This document shows positions 17,825 to 30,750 of a DNA stretch of 64,000 nucleotides, one piece after another. The DNA comes from Alphaproteobacteria bacterium (GTDB lineage: Bacteria > Pseudomonadota > Alphaproteobacteria > UBA828). The translations under genes and the position numbers were made by a program. The stretch is taken from the NCBI GenBank assembly GCA_965214705.1, contig CBDCCI010000002.1, positions 1,408,001 through 1,472,000 on the forward strand. Direction: 5' to 3'. Positions within the stretch are counted from its first letter, which is position 1. Every line of letters begins with the position of its first letter. A model generated the notes under the pieces. That model had not been told where the DNA came from. It did no database searches and was given only the letters and a program-made list of their open reading frames with translations.

Positions 17825-19920
17825 CCCATCTTTGCCACTTTTCGGTCCCGAAGGCCTGATTTTGGGTAGCCTTTGGGATCTAAGGCACTGATTTTGTTGG
17901 ATTGTGTTTTGGGAAGTCCATTGTAGTGCCATAATCTTTGGTCTGTGGGCCGGCGCTCCTTGACAGTCCGCAAACTGTCCGTGACCCTGCCGCCATGTTC
18001 ATTCGCAAAACCCTCACCGGTCGCGGAGACGGTGGCGAGCGCTATGCCACCTACCGCCTCGTGCGCAGCGAACGCATCGGCGGAAGGGTGCGCCAGGTCA
18101 CGCTCCTCAATCTCGGCGCCGACTTCGGTGTGCCCGAGGAGCAATGGCGCGAATTGGCGCTTCTGATCGAAACCCTTCTCGCCGGCAGCGAGCCGCTGCT
18201 GGAGCCGGATGCCGCCTTGCGCCCCGTCGCCGAGGACGTCGTACGGCGGCTTCACGCCCGCGATCTCGGCGCGTCGCGGCCCGGGGACGAGAGCGACCTG
18301 GCCACGGTCCGTCTCGATAGCCTCTCCCACGAACAGGTCCGCTCGGTGGGCTGCGAGCGCCTGGCTCTCGCCGCGCTTGACGACCTTCGCTTCATCGAGA
18401 CGCTGGAGAGGCTGGGCGCAAGTGAGCGCGACGCACGCATCGCGGCGGCACTGGTGGTCGCGCGCATGATCCATCCCTCCAGCGAGCGCGAGGCCTTCCG
18501 CTGGCTGAGCGCGAACAGCGCGACCCTGGAGTTGCTCGATGTCGACAGCGGCAAGTCGCTCACGCTCAGCAAGCTCTACCGCATCGGCGACCTCTTGTGG
18601 CGTCACCGCGCGGCGCTTGAAGAGGCGCTGTGCGCCCGGGAGCGCGATCTCTTCGGCATCCCCGACACCATCGTCTTCTTCGACCTGACCAACACCCATA
18701 TGACCGGACGGCCCAGCTCCGCGCTGGCCCGCTTCGGGCGCTCGAAGCAGAGGCGTGACGATTGTCCGATCGTGACCCTGGCCCTGTCGCTGAACCAGGC
18801 CGGCTTTCCGCAGCACAGCGAGATCCTGCCCGGCAACATCTCCGAGCCGGCCACTCTCGCCGACGCCATCGGGCGGCTGGAATGCCAAGCGCGCGGCAGC
18901 AACGCCCCCAGGCCCACGGTCATCATGGACGCCGGCATCTCCACCGAGGCCAACCTCGCCTGGCTGCGGGCGGGCGGCTATCACTGGATCACCGTTCGCC
19001 GCGGCGTCTCGGCGCCGCCCGGGCGCGAAGCCGATGCCGCCTTCGAAACCCGGGCCGGCCACGATGCCCGCGCCTGGCGTCTCGCGGCAGGGGACGACGA
19101 AGCGCACCTGTGCGTCTGGAGCCATGAGCGCCAGCAGAAGGACGAGGCCGTGCTCGCCCGTCAGCGTCACAACTTCGAGGACGCCCTGCGCGCCCTGCAT
19201 GGCGGGCTGTCGAAGAAGAACCACATCAAGCAGTTCACCAAGGTGATGGAGAAGCTGGGCCGGCTGAAGGAAAGGTACAGGCGCGTCCACCGTCAGTACG
19301 ACATCGAGGTCGAGCCCGGAGAGAAGGGGCGGGCCAGTGCGGTCCGCTGGAGGCGCAACGCTCTCCATGCCGAGCGCGACCGCCAAGCGGGCATCTATGT
19401 GCTGCGCACCAGCCACGTCGAGTGGGATCTTGAAACCGTGGTCCGAACCTACTGGAAGCTCACAGAGCTCGAGGCCACCTTCCGCAGCCTGAAATCCGAA
19501 ATCGGCCTGCGCCCGGTCTGGCACTCCAAGACCTCGCGCATCGCCGCCCACCTGTTCATCGCCGTCCTCGCCTACCACGCGGTTCATCTGCTGCGAACCC
19601 GTCTGGCGGCGCACGGCTTGCATGACCGCTGGAGTACGATCCGCGACAAGCTCGCGGGCTGGGTGCGTCTCACCTCCACCATCCGGGAGGTGGACGGAAA
19701 CCGCATCGTCATCCGCCAGGATGCTCAACCCGACGCCGAGGCGCGCGTCATCGCGCAGGCGGCGGGCCTCACGGTGGATCCCCACAGGCGCCGGGCGGTG
19801 CTCCCGGGAGTGTCGCGATGAGCGCACAAACGTAGTGCCATAATCCCAGATGGGCCAGAAAATCAGCCCATCATCGCAACTACTTAGGTCGCAGGCGCGC
19901 GCCAAAATGGCAAAGATGGG
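17825..19920 (+). mobile_element. IS1634-family element, copy 1 (2096 bp)
   Basis: Terminal inverted repeat CCCATCTTTGCCA; duplication AGAA, whose removal restores the IS5 frame. Confidence 0.95.
17995..19821 (+). CDS. IS1634 transposase
   Basis: MFIRKT..., FFDLTN, MDAGI, LEATFRSLKSEIGLRP. Confidence 0.95.
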   Translation: MFIRKTLTGRGDGGERYATYRLVRSERIGGRVRQVTLLNLGADFGVPEEQWRELALLIETLLAGSEPLLEPDAALRPVAEDVVRRLHARDLGASRPGDESDLATVRLDSLSHEQVRSVGCERLALAALDDLRFIETLERLGASERDARIAAALVVARMIHPSSEREAFRWLSANSATLELLDVDSGKSLTLSKLYRIGDLLWRHRAALEEALCARERDLFGIPDTIVFFDLTNTHMTGRPSSALARFGRSKQRRDDCPIVTLALSLNQAGFPQHSEILPGNISEPATLADAIGRLECQARGSNAPRPTVIMDAGISTEANLAWLRAGGYHWITVRRGVSAPPGREADAAFETRAGHDARAWRLAAGDDEAHLCVWSHERQQKDEAVLARQRHNFEDALRALHGGLSKKNHIKQFTKVMEKLGRLKERYRRVHRQYDIEVEPGEKGRASAVRWRRNALHAERDRQAGIYVLRTSHVEWDLETVVRTYWKLTELEATFRSLKSEIGLRPVWHSKTSRIAAHLFIAVLAYHAVHLLRTRLAAHGLHDRWSTIRDKLAGWVRLTSTIREVDGNRIVIRQDAQPDAEARVIAQAAGLTVDPHRRRAVLPGVSR

Positions 19921-21049
19921 AGAAGATGGACAAGCTGGTTCCGTGGGAGCGGCTGGAGCGACGGATCGAGCCGTTCTATCCGAAGGCGGGGCGCGGTCGG
20001 CGCCCGTACCCGCTTGGGGTGATGCTGCGGGTTCACTGCGTGCAGTTGTTCTACAACCTGAGCGACCCTGGGATGGAGGACCTGCTCTACGAGGTGGAGT
20101 CGGTGAGGCGTTTCGTGGGGCTGCGCCTGACGGAGGCGCTGCCCGACGAGACCACCATCCTGAACTTCCGGCATCTGCTGGAGAGGCACGATCTGGGCGC
20201 GGGTCTGTTCGAGGAGATCAATGCGCACCTGGCGTCGCGCGGCCATCGGCTGCGCACGGGGACGATCGTTGGCGCGAGCATCATCGAGGCGCCGTCGTCG
20301 ACGAAGAACCGGCGCCGCGCACGGGACCCTGAGATGCGTCAGACGAAGAAGGGCAAGCAGTGGTATTTCGGGATGAAGGCGCACATCGGGGTGGACGCCG
20401 GGTCGGGTCTGGCGCACAGCGTGGTGACGACGGCGGCCAACGCAAGCGACGTGACGCAGGCGGGAGCGCTGCTGCATGGCGCTGAGACGACGGCGTGGGG
20501 CGACGCGGGCTACCAGGGGGTGGAGAAGCGGCCTGAGCACCGGGATGGCGGTGTCAAGTGGCGTGTGGCGATGAAGCCGGGGCGGCGCCGGCTGCTGGGC
20601 GAGGGCGGCGCCGAAGCGGCGGCGGAGACGCGCAAGGCGTCGGTGCGGGCGAAAGTGGAGCATCCGTTCCTGTACGTAAAGCGGCACTTCGGCTACGCCA
20701 AGGTGCGCTACCGGGGCGTGGCGAAGAACAGGCAGCGCATCGCGTTGCTGCTGGGGTTCTCGAACCTGCTGATCGCCGGCCGCTACGCGACGCAATGACA
20801 GGGGAGCAGGTTGCCCGCTGCGGGCGGGACGGCGGGGAAGGAGGCGGACCGACGCGGATATCGCCCGCTCGCAACGCATCCCGTGGCAAAAGTAGCCCCC
20901 AGCCTGTCGGCAATATCGTCGAGCTTCAAATCCAAGCTGCCTCTACCCCTCGAAGCCGAGAAGATGGGGTTGTTCAGACTTTCCCTAGGTGTTCCCACCG
21001 GCAGTGCCAGCGCCGCAACCAGCAGCCCTACCGCAATCGTTCGTCTGAA

Positions 21050-23145
21050 CCCATCTTTGCCACTTTTCGGTCCCGAAGGCCTGATTTTGGGTAGCCTTTG
21101 GGATCTAAGGCACTGATTTTGTTGGATTGTGTTTTGGGAAGTCCATTGTAGTGCCATAATCTTTGGTCTGTGGGCCGGCGCTCCTTGACAGTCCGCAAAC
21201 TGTCCGTGACCCTGCCGCCATGTTCATTCGCAAAACCCTCACCGGTCGCGGAGACGGTGGCGAGCGCTATGCCACCTACCGCCTCGTGCGCAGCGAACGC
21301 ATCGGCGGAAGGGTGCGCCAGGTCACGCTCCTCAATCTCGGCGCCGACTTCGGTGTGCCCGAGGAGCAATGGCGCGAATTGGCGCTTCTGATCGAAACCC
21401 TTCTCGCCGGCAGCGAGCCGCTGCTGGAGCCGGATGCCGCCTTGCGCCCCGTCGCCGAGGACGTCGTACGGCGGCTTCACGCCCGCGATCTCGGCGCGTC
21501 GCGGCCCGGGGACGAGAGCGACCTGGCCACGGTCCGTCTCGATAGCCTCTCCCACGAACAGGTCCGCTCGGTGGGCTGCGAGCGCCTGGCTCTCGCCGCG
21601 CTTGACGACCTTCGCTTCATCGAGACGCTGGAGAGGCTGGGCGCAAGTGAGCGCGACGCACGCATCGCGGCGGCACTGGTGGTCGCGCGCATGATCCATC
21701 CCTCCAGCGAGCGCGAGGCCTTCCGCTGGCTGAGCGCGAACAGCGCGACCCTGGAGTTGCTCGATGTCGACAGCGGCAAGTCGCTCACGCTCAGCAAGCT
21801 CTACCGCATCGGCGACCTCTTGTGGCGTCACCGCGCGGCGCTTGAAGAGGCGCTGTGCGCCCGGGAGCGCGATCTCTTCGGCATCCCCGACACCATCGTC
21901 TTCTTCGACCTGACCAACACCCATATGACCGGACGGCCCAGCTCCGCGCTGGCCCGCTTCGGGCGCTCGAAGCAGAGGCGTGACGATTGTCCGATCGTGA
22001 CCCTGGCCCTGTCGCTGAACCAGGCCGGCTTTCCGCAGCACAGCGAGATCCTGCCCGGCAACATCTCCGAGCCGGCCACTCTCGCCGACGCCATCGGGCG
22101 GCTGGAATGCCAAGCGCGCGGCAGCAACGCCCCCAGGCCCACGGTCATCATGGACGCCGGCATCTCCACCGAGGCCAACCTCGCCTGGCTGCGGGCGGGC
22201 GGCTATCACTGGATCACCGTTCGCCGCGGCGTCTCGGCGCCGCCCGGGCGCGAAGCCGATGCCGCCTTCGAAACCCGGGCCGGCCACGATGCCCGCGCCT
22301 GGCGTCTCGCGGCAGGGGACGACGAAGCGCACCTGTGCGTCTGGAGCCATGAGCGCCAGCAGAAGGACGAGGCCGTGCTCGCCCGTCAGCGTCACAACTT
22401 CGAGGACGCCCTGCGCGCCCTGCATGGCGGGCTGTCGAAGAAGAACCACATCAAGCAGTTCACCAAGGTGATGGAGAAGCTGGGCCGGCTGAAGGAAAGG
22501 TACAGGCGCGTCCACCGTCAGTACGACATCGAGGTCGAGCCCGGAGAGAAGGGGCGGGCCAGTGCGGTCCGCTGGAGGCGCAACGCTCTCCATGCCGAGC
22601 GCGACCGCCAAGCGGGCATCTATGTGCTGCGCACCAGCCACGTCGAGTGGGATCTTGAAACCGTGGTCCGAACCTACTGGAAGCTCACAGAGCTCGAGGC
22701 CACCTTCCGCAGCCTGAAATCCGAAATCGGCCTGCGCCCGGTCTGGCACTCCAAGACCTCGCGCATCGCCGCCCACCTGTTCATCGCCGTCCTCGCCTAC
22801 CACGCGGTTCATCTGCTGCGAACCCGTCTGGCGGCGCACGGCTTGCATGACCGCTGGAGTACGATCCGCGACAAGCTCGCGGGCTGGGTGCGTCTCACCT
22901 CCACCATCCGGGAGGTGGACGGAAACCGCATCGTCATCCGCCAGGATGCTCAACCCGACGCCGAGGCGCGCGTCATCGCGCAGGCGGCGGGCCTCACGGT
23001 GGATCCCCACAGGCGCCGGGCGGTGCTCCCGGGAGTGTCGCGATGAGCGCACAAACGTAGTGCCATAATCCCAGATGGGCCAGAAAATCAGCCCATCATC
23101 GCAACTACTTAGGTCGCAGGCGCGCGCCAAAATGGCAAAGATGGG
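21050..23145 (+). mobile_element. IS1634-family element, copy 2 (apparently identical)
   Basis: Same ends and identical ORF translations at offset 3225; flanks do not match each other. Confidence 0.95.
21220..23046 (+). CDS. IS1634 transposase
   Basis: Translation identical to copy 1. Confidence 0.95.
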   Translation: MFIRKTLTGRGDGGERYATYRLVRSERIGGRVRQVTLLNLGADFGVPEEQWRELALLIETLLAGSEPLLEPDAALRPVAEDVVRRLHARDLGASRPGDESDLATVRLDSLSHEQVRSVGCERLALAALDDLRFIETLERLGASERDARIAAALVVARMIHPSSEREAFRWLSANSATLELLDVDSGKSLTLSKLYRIGDLLWRHRAALEEALCARERDLFGIPDTIVFFDLTNTHMTGRPSSALARFGRSKQRRDDCPIVTLALSLNQAGFPQHSEILPGNISEPATLADAIGRLECQARGSNAPRPTVIMDAGISTEANLAWLRAGGYHWITVRRGVSAPPGREADAAFETRAGHDARAWRLAAGDDEAHLCVWSHERQQKDEAVLARQRHNFEDALRALHGGLSKKNHIKQFTKVMEKLGRLKERYRRVHRQYDIEVEPGEKGRASAVRWRRNALHAERDRQAGIYVLRTSHVEWDLETVVRTYWKLTELEATFRSLKSEIGLRPVWHSKTSRIAAHLFIAVLAYHAVHLLRTRLAAHGLHDRWSTIRDKLAGWVRLTSTIREVDGNRIVIRQDAQPDAEARVIAQAAGLTVDPHRRRAVLPGVSR

Positions 23146-23364
23146 TGGAGACGATCACGCGGGAATAGCCCGGGTCCCTAACCAAGCTTGCGGAAATCGC
23201 GGGACTGAGCAAGTTGAACCTGTCGCGGGACGCTGAAGAGGATGTCGCGCTACGGGCTGGTGGAATTGAACGAGGGAGAGCACGGCACGCTTGTGCCACG
23301 GGTCCCCTACGATCAAGTGAGGCTGGATGATTCGTTGACTGCGAACGCCCGGCGGGTTGGGTGA
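23146..23364 (+). pseudogene. HTH regulator/antitoxin remnant (HVO_A0114-like)
   Basis: PGSLTKLAEIAGLSKLNLSR / TLKRMSRYGLVEL...LVPRVPYDQVRLD, with one stop and one frameshift. Confidence 0.55.
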
Positions 23365-23870
23365 GCGGTTCTAGATTCACTTGCCGTTCAATGCTGGAAT
23401 CGCATGGGAATCAAACGAATTCAACCTCCAGGGCGCTTAAGACCACTCGTGACCTGATCGGCGCTGGGGCAGCGCTGGATGGTGAAAAGACGCTGCCGCC
23501 CGGTCTAAATCCGCATGCCCGGCCCAGCTCCTGAAGGCGCGAATTATTTAGCTACAAGAACAGGTTACAGCATGCGAAGCGCCGGATCGAGTCGGCTCCA
23601 GGAGGGCCCCGGCGTGAGGCGGCGACGATACACACAGACCTGACCTTCAGGTGGAACACCTGACATACTTGTTTGCGGATCTCGGTCCGTTGGAACCGGC
23701 GCCGCTCTGGGGGCTTGACGCAAAGCGGCATCCTCGCTCTGTCGTACCAGAGGCACATTGCGAGGCACCTAGACAACCGCAGGAAAACGGCGACACTTTC
23801 GTTGCCGTCGTTTGAAGCTGCACCGGCTTTCAGAGGTTTTGGAACGGAGAAGCCGGCTCCGGCCCCGCCG

Positions 23871-26159
<2,289 letters not shown>

Positions 26160-26434
26160 TCAATACTAGGCCCCGTCTCTGGAGTGGGCCGAACATGGCT
26201 CTTGTTCCGCTCGGCATTCCTCTTCCGCGTGCGAGCCGCTATCGGGCCTGGCCCGTCGCGTGGCGCCCTGACGGGTGAAGCATTTACCGCCGCGCCCGCC
26301 GGGGCGAGCCACGGCTTGGAGCGGGCGGCGCAGACCGAGAGAGCGCGGGCGCGGGGTGCGGTGTTGCCGGTGCCCGAGCAGCTTGCCCGCCAGGGGCAGG
26401 TGCTCGCCGGGACATTCCGCGCCTTTTCCAGCGC

Positions 26435-29400
26435 TCACATGCTCCACGACCGCCCCCTGTCGCGGCTCCGCGACTGGGCCTGATGCTGCGGCGAGAGGCG
26501 GTCCATCCGCGACATCGAGTCGGCCACGGGTTCCACGAAGTCTTCCCCGCGCTTGAGGTGGACGCCGTAGGTCCCGGGATCGTCGAGGATCACCCTGCCC
26601 TCCCGGCGCAGGCGCTCGTTCCGCTCCAGCCAGTCCGGCCAGGCGCGCAGGGTGACGATCCGCACGTCGAGCGCCCTGGCGCGGCGCCTCAGCCTGTGGA
26701 AGCGCTTCCAGTGCTCGTCGGAGGCCTTGAGCCAATTCCTCACGTGGGTGCGCGCGCGCACGTGCGCGCGGTAACTGTCAACCATCGTTTGAAGTTGCCG
26801 GCGCGGCTCGGCAGGAACTCGCTGGTTCTCGGCGAACTCGGCGATGCGCTCGATCAGTGCGGCGGCGCCGTCGAGATCGTAAGGGGAGATGCCGGTCCGT
26901 TCCGCGCGTGCGCGATGCAGGTTCCAGTCGAGGCGCAGGAGCCGGTATTCGACTCCCGAAAGCGGCGACGGCACCGCGTTGTTCGCCTGACCTGTGGCTG
27001 CGGGGCGCTTCGGCGTGCGGGCCGGGGGGCGAGCCTCTGTCTCGACCGGCTTCTCCGCGCGGCTGGCCTGCTGCGCCTCCTGCGAGCGCTCCGGCGGGCG
27101 AGCCGCCACCTCCACAGGCGCCTGCGTGCGTTGCGGCTCCTGCGAGCGCTCCGGCTCGGCCCGCCGTGCGTGCGCGGCCTTGCCGGTGACAGAGCGGCGG
27201 TAGCTGCCCGCCCGGGCATAGACTTGCCCGAGCTCCTCGATCTCGCCTTGGCCGATACCGGCGCGCTCGGCCAGCAGGCGCTCGAAGACCTGCGGCCGGG
27301 CACTGAAGGATGCTGCCTGCCTCATCAGTGCGCCGTGGCGGTCGAGGGTCTCGCGGAAAGCCGGGCTCAGCGCCACGGCGTCGCCGTCCGCTCGGGTTCT
27401 CTGGCGCAGATCATCCCACGTCGACAGCACCCGCGTCCGCTCGGCGGCGAATGCGTCCACCGCCGCGCCGTGGCGCCAGCCGACGACCGCGTGGCGGATT
27501 TCTTCGGCAATGCGCACGATCGCATTGTCGTTCGCAGCAGAATGGCGCGCTTCGGTCGCCTCCCCACTCCCGCCGCCGGGAACGTCGTGCCCTCTGCCGT
27601 TCGATCGGCCGCCGCCGTTGCCGCCGCCGGCCCGCGCACCTTTCCTCGCATCCTGCCATGCGCCGTGCGAGACGTAGTCGAGCGCCGCCTCCTTGGGCAC
27701 GGACCGCGACCAGCGCTCGGCCAGGTACGCCCGCACATCCGAGTCCGTCACCGGCAAATCGGCCTGATCCTCCGGGCGGCGCTCGGCGATGTCGAAGGCC
27801 AGAGGAGAGCGGTTGACATAGATGTCGATGCCCTCCCGGTGCCGGGTGGCCGCCGGATAGATCGTCTCCCGTGCCGGCCGGTCGTCCACCAGCAAGAAGG
27901 CGCGGTCCACGGTCAACCCCTGGGCCGACGCGATGGTCATCGCATAGCCGTAGTCGAGGCGGATGTTGTCGTGCCAGTCACGGATTTCGTCGTGGCGGAA
28001 CGAGACGCGCCTGCCGTCGTCCGTGCGCGCGGTGATGTGAACGGAGTTCTGCGGCTCGGAGCGGCCTGTGTCCGCATGCGGCGGCCGTCCGCCGGCTCGC
28101 CGGTTCCGGGCCTTGCGCGTGACCGCCGTGTCCTCCGCGCGCTTTACTTCGAGATCCTCGACGGTGACGACGGTGCCGTTGAAGAGCTGCTTCTCCCACT
28201 GCGTGGAGCCAATGCGGATGCGGTCGCCCACCGCGATCTCCAGCGGCTCCGTCACCCGCCCGTCCAGGTCCCGGCTCACCTCGACGACCGCGCGCTTGGC
28301 ATCGGGGGCCTGCGCGAGCATGCGCTCCCGCATCAGCCACGACAGCGCCCGTCCCTCCGCCTTCGTGCGCGCGAGCACGACGGTGGAGGTGCCAGGCTCG
28401 TGCTTCACATGGCGCTCCCAGTCGTCCACCAGACGGGTCAGCGTCTTCTCTTCGTCGTGGCAGAGATGGAGCCGGTTGCGCAGATGCCAGGCCTCGATCG
28501 CCTGCTCCGCCTCCCCGTCCCTGAGCGCTTCCGAGACCGCCACCTGCCACGGCGTGAACAGGGGTTTCTTCTCCATCGCCTCGTACTCGGCGAGGATGGC
28601 GTCGCGCTCCTGCGGGTTGGTCAGGCCCGCCCGGAAGCGTGCCTGCTCGGGCCTCTCCTTGTGGACGTGTGTGAGCACGTCCTCGAGGTCCGCCTTCTGG
28701 CGCCTGATGCGGTCGACGCGGATGCTGCCTGCGACGTCCCGGATCAACCGCAACCCCGGCCCCGCCTCCACCGGCTGCTGCTGCCGGGTGTCGCCCGCGA
28801 ACACCACCTTTGCGCCGTGGCGCTCCGAGAGCTGCAAAATGTGATGAGCCTGCCGGGTCGATAGCATCCCCGCCTCGTCCACCACGATCAGCGTGCGCTT
28901 GCCGATCTCCACCTGCCCCTTCGCCGCGAGCTTGAGGAGCTTGTCGACGCAGTAGGCGCGCGCGTCGCAGTCGTCGCCCAGAGCGACGGCGGTCCGCCAC
29001 GCCACCGCCGTCGGTACGATCTCGTAGCCGTGCTCCTTGTGAAGGTCCGTGATGGGGCGAAGCGTGGTGGTCTTGCCCGAGCCCGCCGCCCCCTCGATCA
29101 CCGCCACGCGTCCGCTCTTCACGGTGGCGTGGCGGATCGCCAGCGACTGCTCCTGGCTCAGCGGATAACCGTCAGCCAAGAGGGTCTCCACCTTCTCCTT
29201 CACCGCCTGTTCCGGCGGGCCATGACCGCTATCGGCGGCCATGGCCTCCGCCATGTCGCGCACCGCCTGCTCCAGGCCGAGATTGTGCCGGGTGGAATAA
29301 ATCTCGGTGTGGACCATCCCTGCCTTGGATTCTGCGGTCGGCTTCTTGGGCTCAAGGCGCTCGATCTCCGGGTTGCGGCGCAGACGCTCGATCGCCGTGC

Positions 29401-30490
29401 CCACCGCCTCCCGGCCCATGAGGTCTGCCGCCGCGTTGGCCGCCGCCTCCACCATGTCAGGGCGCCGGAACACTGCTTCCTCGCGCGCCAGGTGGGCAGG
29501 AAGATCGTCGAGCCGGCCGGTCAGCTCACGGATTTGCTCTTGCCCAATCTTGACCTCGTGGCCGGTGACTGCAGCGATCAGCTCCTCGCGCTCGACATAA
29601 CCCTCGGCCTCGCCCCGCCAGCGGCGGTGTCTGACCTCGGGGTCGTTGTCGTGCGACTTGCCCTCGCGCGTGAGCTTGTTCACCCCCGCCATGCGGGCAG
29701 CATTGCCCAATGACGGGACGCCCAGCTCCCCGGCTCTGGCGACGATCGCCTTGCGGCGCTTCGACCAGAAGGATTGCAAGTCCTCCGGCATGCCTTCGAT
29801 GCGCGTGAACTCGGCATTCGGGCCGTACTGCTCGATCCGCACCCCAAGGTTCTGTTGCAGCTCCCACGCCACATAGGCCCGGAACAGAGCGCCCGCCGCC
29901 TTCTTCCAGCTGTAGACCGGGTACTGGTGATGCGCCCGCCACTTGCCGTCCTCGCGGGTCCTGGCCACGTTGAAGATCGTGCAGTGGACGTGAAGCTGCG
30001 GATCGTTCTCCCGGCTGGTGCCGTGGACGAAGGTGGCGCCCATCAGGTCCGCCTCCACCGGCCGGGTCACCCTCTTCTCGCTCATACGGGTGTAGCTGCA
30101 ATGCTTCAGCACCGTGTCTTCGAGCGCCGCCCTGGCGGCGGCCACCGCCATCGCCTCGATCCGCTCGCGCATCTCCGGCTCGGCGATGGCCCAGAGCGAG
30201 GACATGCTCTTGTCGACCGAGAACGTCATGTCGATGCCGGGGGAGCGGTCCGGGTTGCCGGCGCGCTGCACCAGCTTGCCGGAGCCGTCGGGAGCGAAGC
30301 CCGAGTAGAGGCGGTGGAAGTGGCCGGAATCCACCTTGCCGCCGTCCTCAAGGCCGAACAGGCTCTTGGGATTGAACCAGGTGCCGTCAGGCTCCTCTCC
30401 GGCCGTGTAGTACTCGTTGGGGTGCCGGAAGGAGCGCTGGCTCTCCAGATAGTACTCGGCAGAGGCCATCTGCCCGATGGTGGCTACCAT
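26435..30490 (-). CDS. MOBF (TrwC/TraI-like) relaxase-helicase
   Basis: EYY..EYY, DMTFSVDKS, HGTSRENDPQLHVH, GAAGSGKTT, VVDEAGM, AQGLTVD. Confidence 0.93.
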   Translation of the reverse strand: MVATIGQMASAEYYLESQRSFRHPNEYYTAGEEPDGTWFNPKSLFGLEDGGKVDSGHFHRLYSGFAPDGSGKLVQRAGNPDRSPGIDMTFSVDKSMSSLWAIAEPEMRERIEAMAVAAARAALEDTVLKHCSYTRMSEKRVTRPVEADLMGATFVHGTSRENDPQLHVHCTIFNVARTREDGKWRAHHQYPVYSWKKAAGALFRAYVAWELQQNLGVRIEQYGPNAEFTRIEGMPEDLQSFWSKRRKAIVARAGELGVPSLGNAARMAGVNKLTREGKSHDNDPEVRHRRWRGEAEGYVEREELIAAVTGHEVKIGQEQIRELTGRLDDLPAHLAREEAVFRRPDMVEAAANAAADLMGREAVGTAIERLRRNPEIERLEPKKPTAESKAGMVHTEIYSTRHNLGLEQAVRDMAEAMAADSGHGPPEQAVKEKVETLLADGYPLSQEQSLAIRHATVKSGRVAVIEGAAGSGKTTTLRPITDLHKEHGYEIVPTAVAWRTAVALGDDCDARAYCVDKLLKLAAKGQVEIGKRTLIVVDEAGMLSTRQAHHILQLSERHGAKVVFAGDTRQQQPVEAGPGLRLIRDVAGSIRVDRIRRQKADLEDVLTHVHKERPEQARFRAGLTNPQERDAILAEYEAMEKKPLFTPWQVAVSEALRDGEAEQAIEAWHLRNRLHLCHDEEKTLTRLVDDWERHVKHEPGTSTVVLARTKAEGRALSWLMRERMLAQAPDAKRAVVEVSRDLDGRVTEPLEIAVGDRIRIGSTQWEKQLFNGTVVTVEDLEVKRAEDTAVTRKARNRRAGGRPPHADTGRSEPQNSVHITARTDDGRRVSFRHDEIRDWHDNIRLDYGYAMTIASAQGLTVDRAFLLVDDRPARETIYPAATRHREGIDIYVNRSPLAFDIAERRPEDQADLPVTDSDVRAYLAERWSRSVPKEAALDYVSHGAWQDARKGARAGGGNGGGRSNGRGHDVPGGGSGEATEARHSAANDNAIVRIAEEIRHAVVGWRHGAAVDAFAAERTRVLSTWDDLRQRTRADGDAVALSPAFRETLDRHGALMRQAASFSARPQVFERLLAERAGIGQGEIEELGQVYARAGSYRRSVTGKAAHARRAEPERSQEPQRTQAPVEVAARPPERSQEAQQASRAEKPVETEARPPARTPKRPAATGQANNAVPSPLSGVEYRLLRLDWNLHRARAERTGISPYDLDGAAALIERIAEFAENQRVPAEPRRQLQTMVDSYRAHVRARTHVRNWLKASDEHWKRFHRLRRRARALDVRIVTLRAWPDWLERNERLRREGRVILDDPGTYGVHLKRGEDFVEPVADSMSRMDRLSPQHQAQSRSRDRGRSWSM

Positions 30491-30599
30491 GGCGGGCGGT
30501 TCCCGAGCCGTTGGGCGAGCACGTTCATGACCGCCGGGGCCTGGCTCTCGGAACTCGGCGCCGCCAGCCTCTCATGGCCGGCTGCGACTGCGTGAAGAG

Positions 30600-30750
30600 G
30601 CACGCCAGGTCCTTGTATAGGTCTTGTATCGTTCAGCCTGCATGGGCCGGTCAGGCGACTCCGGCTCGCTCGCGCAAGCGCCAGCTTGCACAGGCGTGCA
30701 AAGCTATCTATTCCCTGATGTGCGCAAAGCTATCTATTCCCTGATGTGCT
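30600..30750. promoter_or_regulatory. Candidate oriT
   Basis: Upstream of the relaxase; repeated GTC(C)TTGTAT; hairpin TTGCAC-aggc-GTGCAA (30686-30701). Confidence 0.5.
30698..30749. repeat. Perfect 26-bp tandem duplication
   Basis: GCAAAGCTATCTATTCCCTGATGTGC x2. Confidence 0.95.

Larger units (their letters stand above)
17748..20798 (+). pseudogene. IS5 transposase split by IS1634
   Basis: MAQASFAELEHEMKKRRTRRELFLE / KMDKLVPW...PDETTILNFRHLLE...GMKAHIGVD...RAKVEHPF; the conserved D of TIVD appears as G. Confidence 0.92.
17683..20984 (+). mobile_element. IS5-family element interrupted by IS1634
   Basis: Ends GGAAGGTCTGATCAA...TTGTTCAGACTTTCC; flanks TTAA and CTAG. Confidence 0.9.

Noticed and set aside
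17512-23130. Long antisense ORFs (797 and 700 aa; similar ones opposite katG and the relaxase)
   Set aside because: Shadow frames of GC-rich genes with no recognisable motifs
23158-23171. CGCGGGAATAGCCC, a 13/14 match to the repeat 3' end, as a lost distal repeat
   Set aside because: No 5' half of the repeat; it lies in frame within an HTH pseudogene; plausible by chance in GC-rich DNA
27075-27160. 19-bp direct repeat at 60-bp spacing in the relaxase gene
   Set aside because: In-frame low-complexity linker (PERSQE x2), not an array
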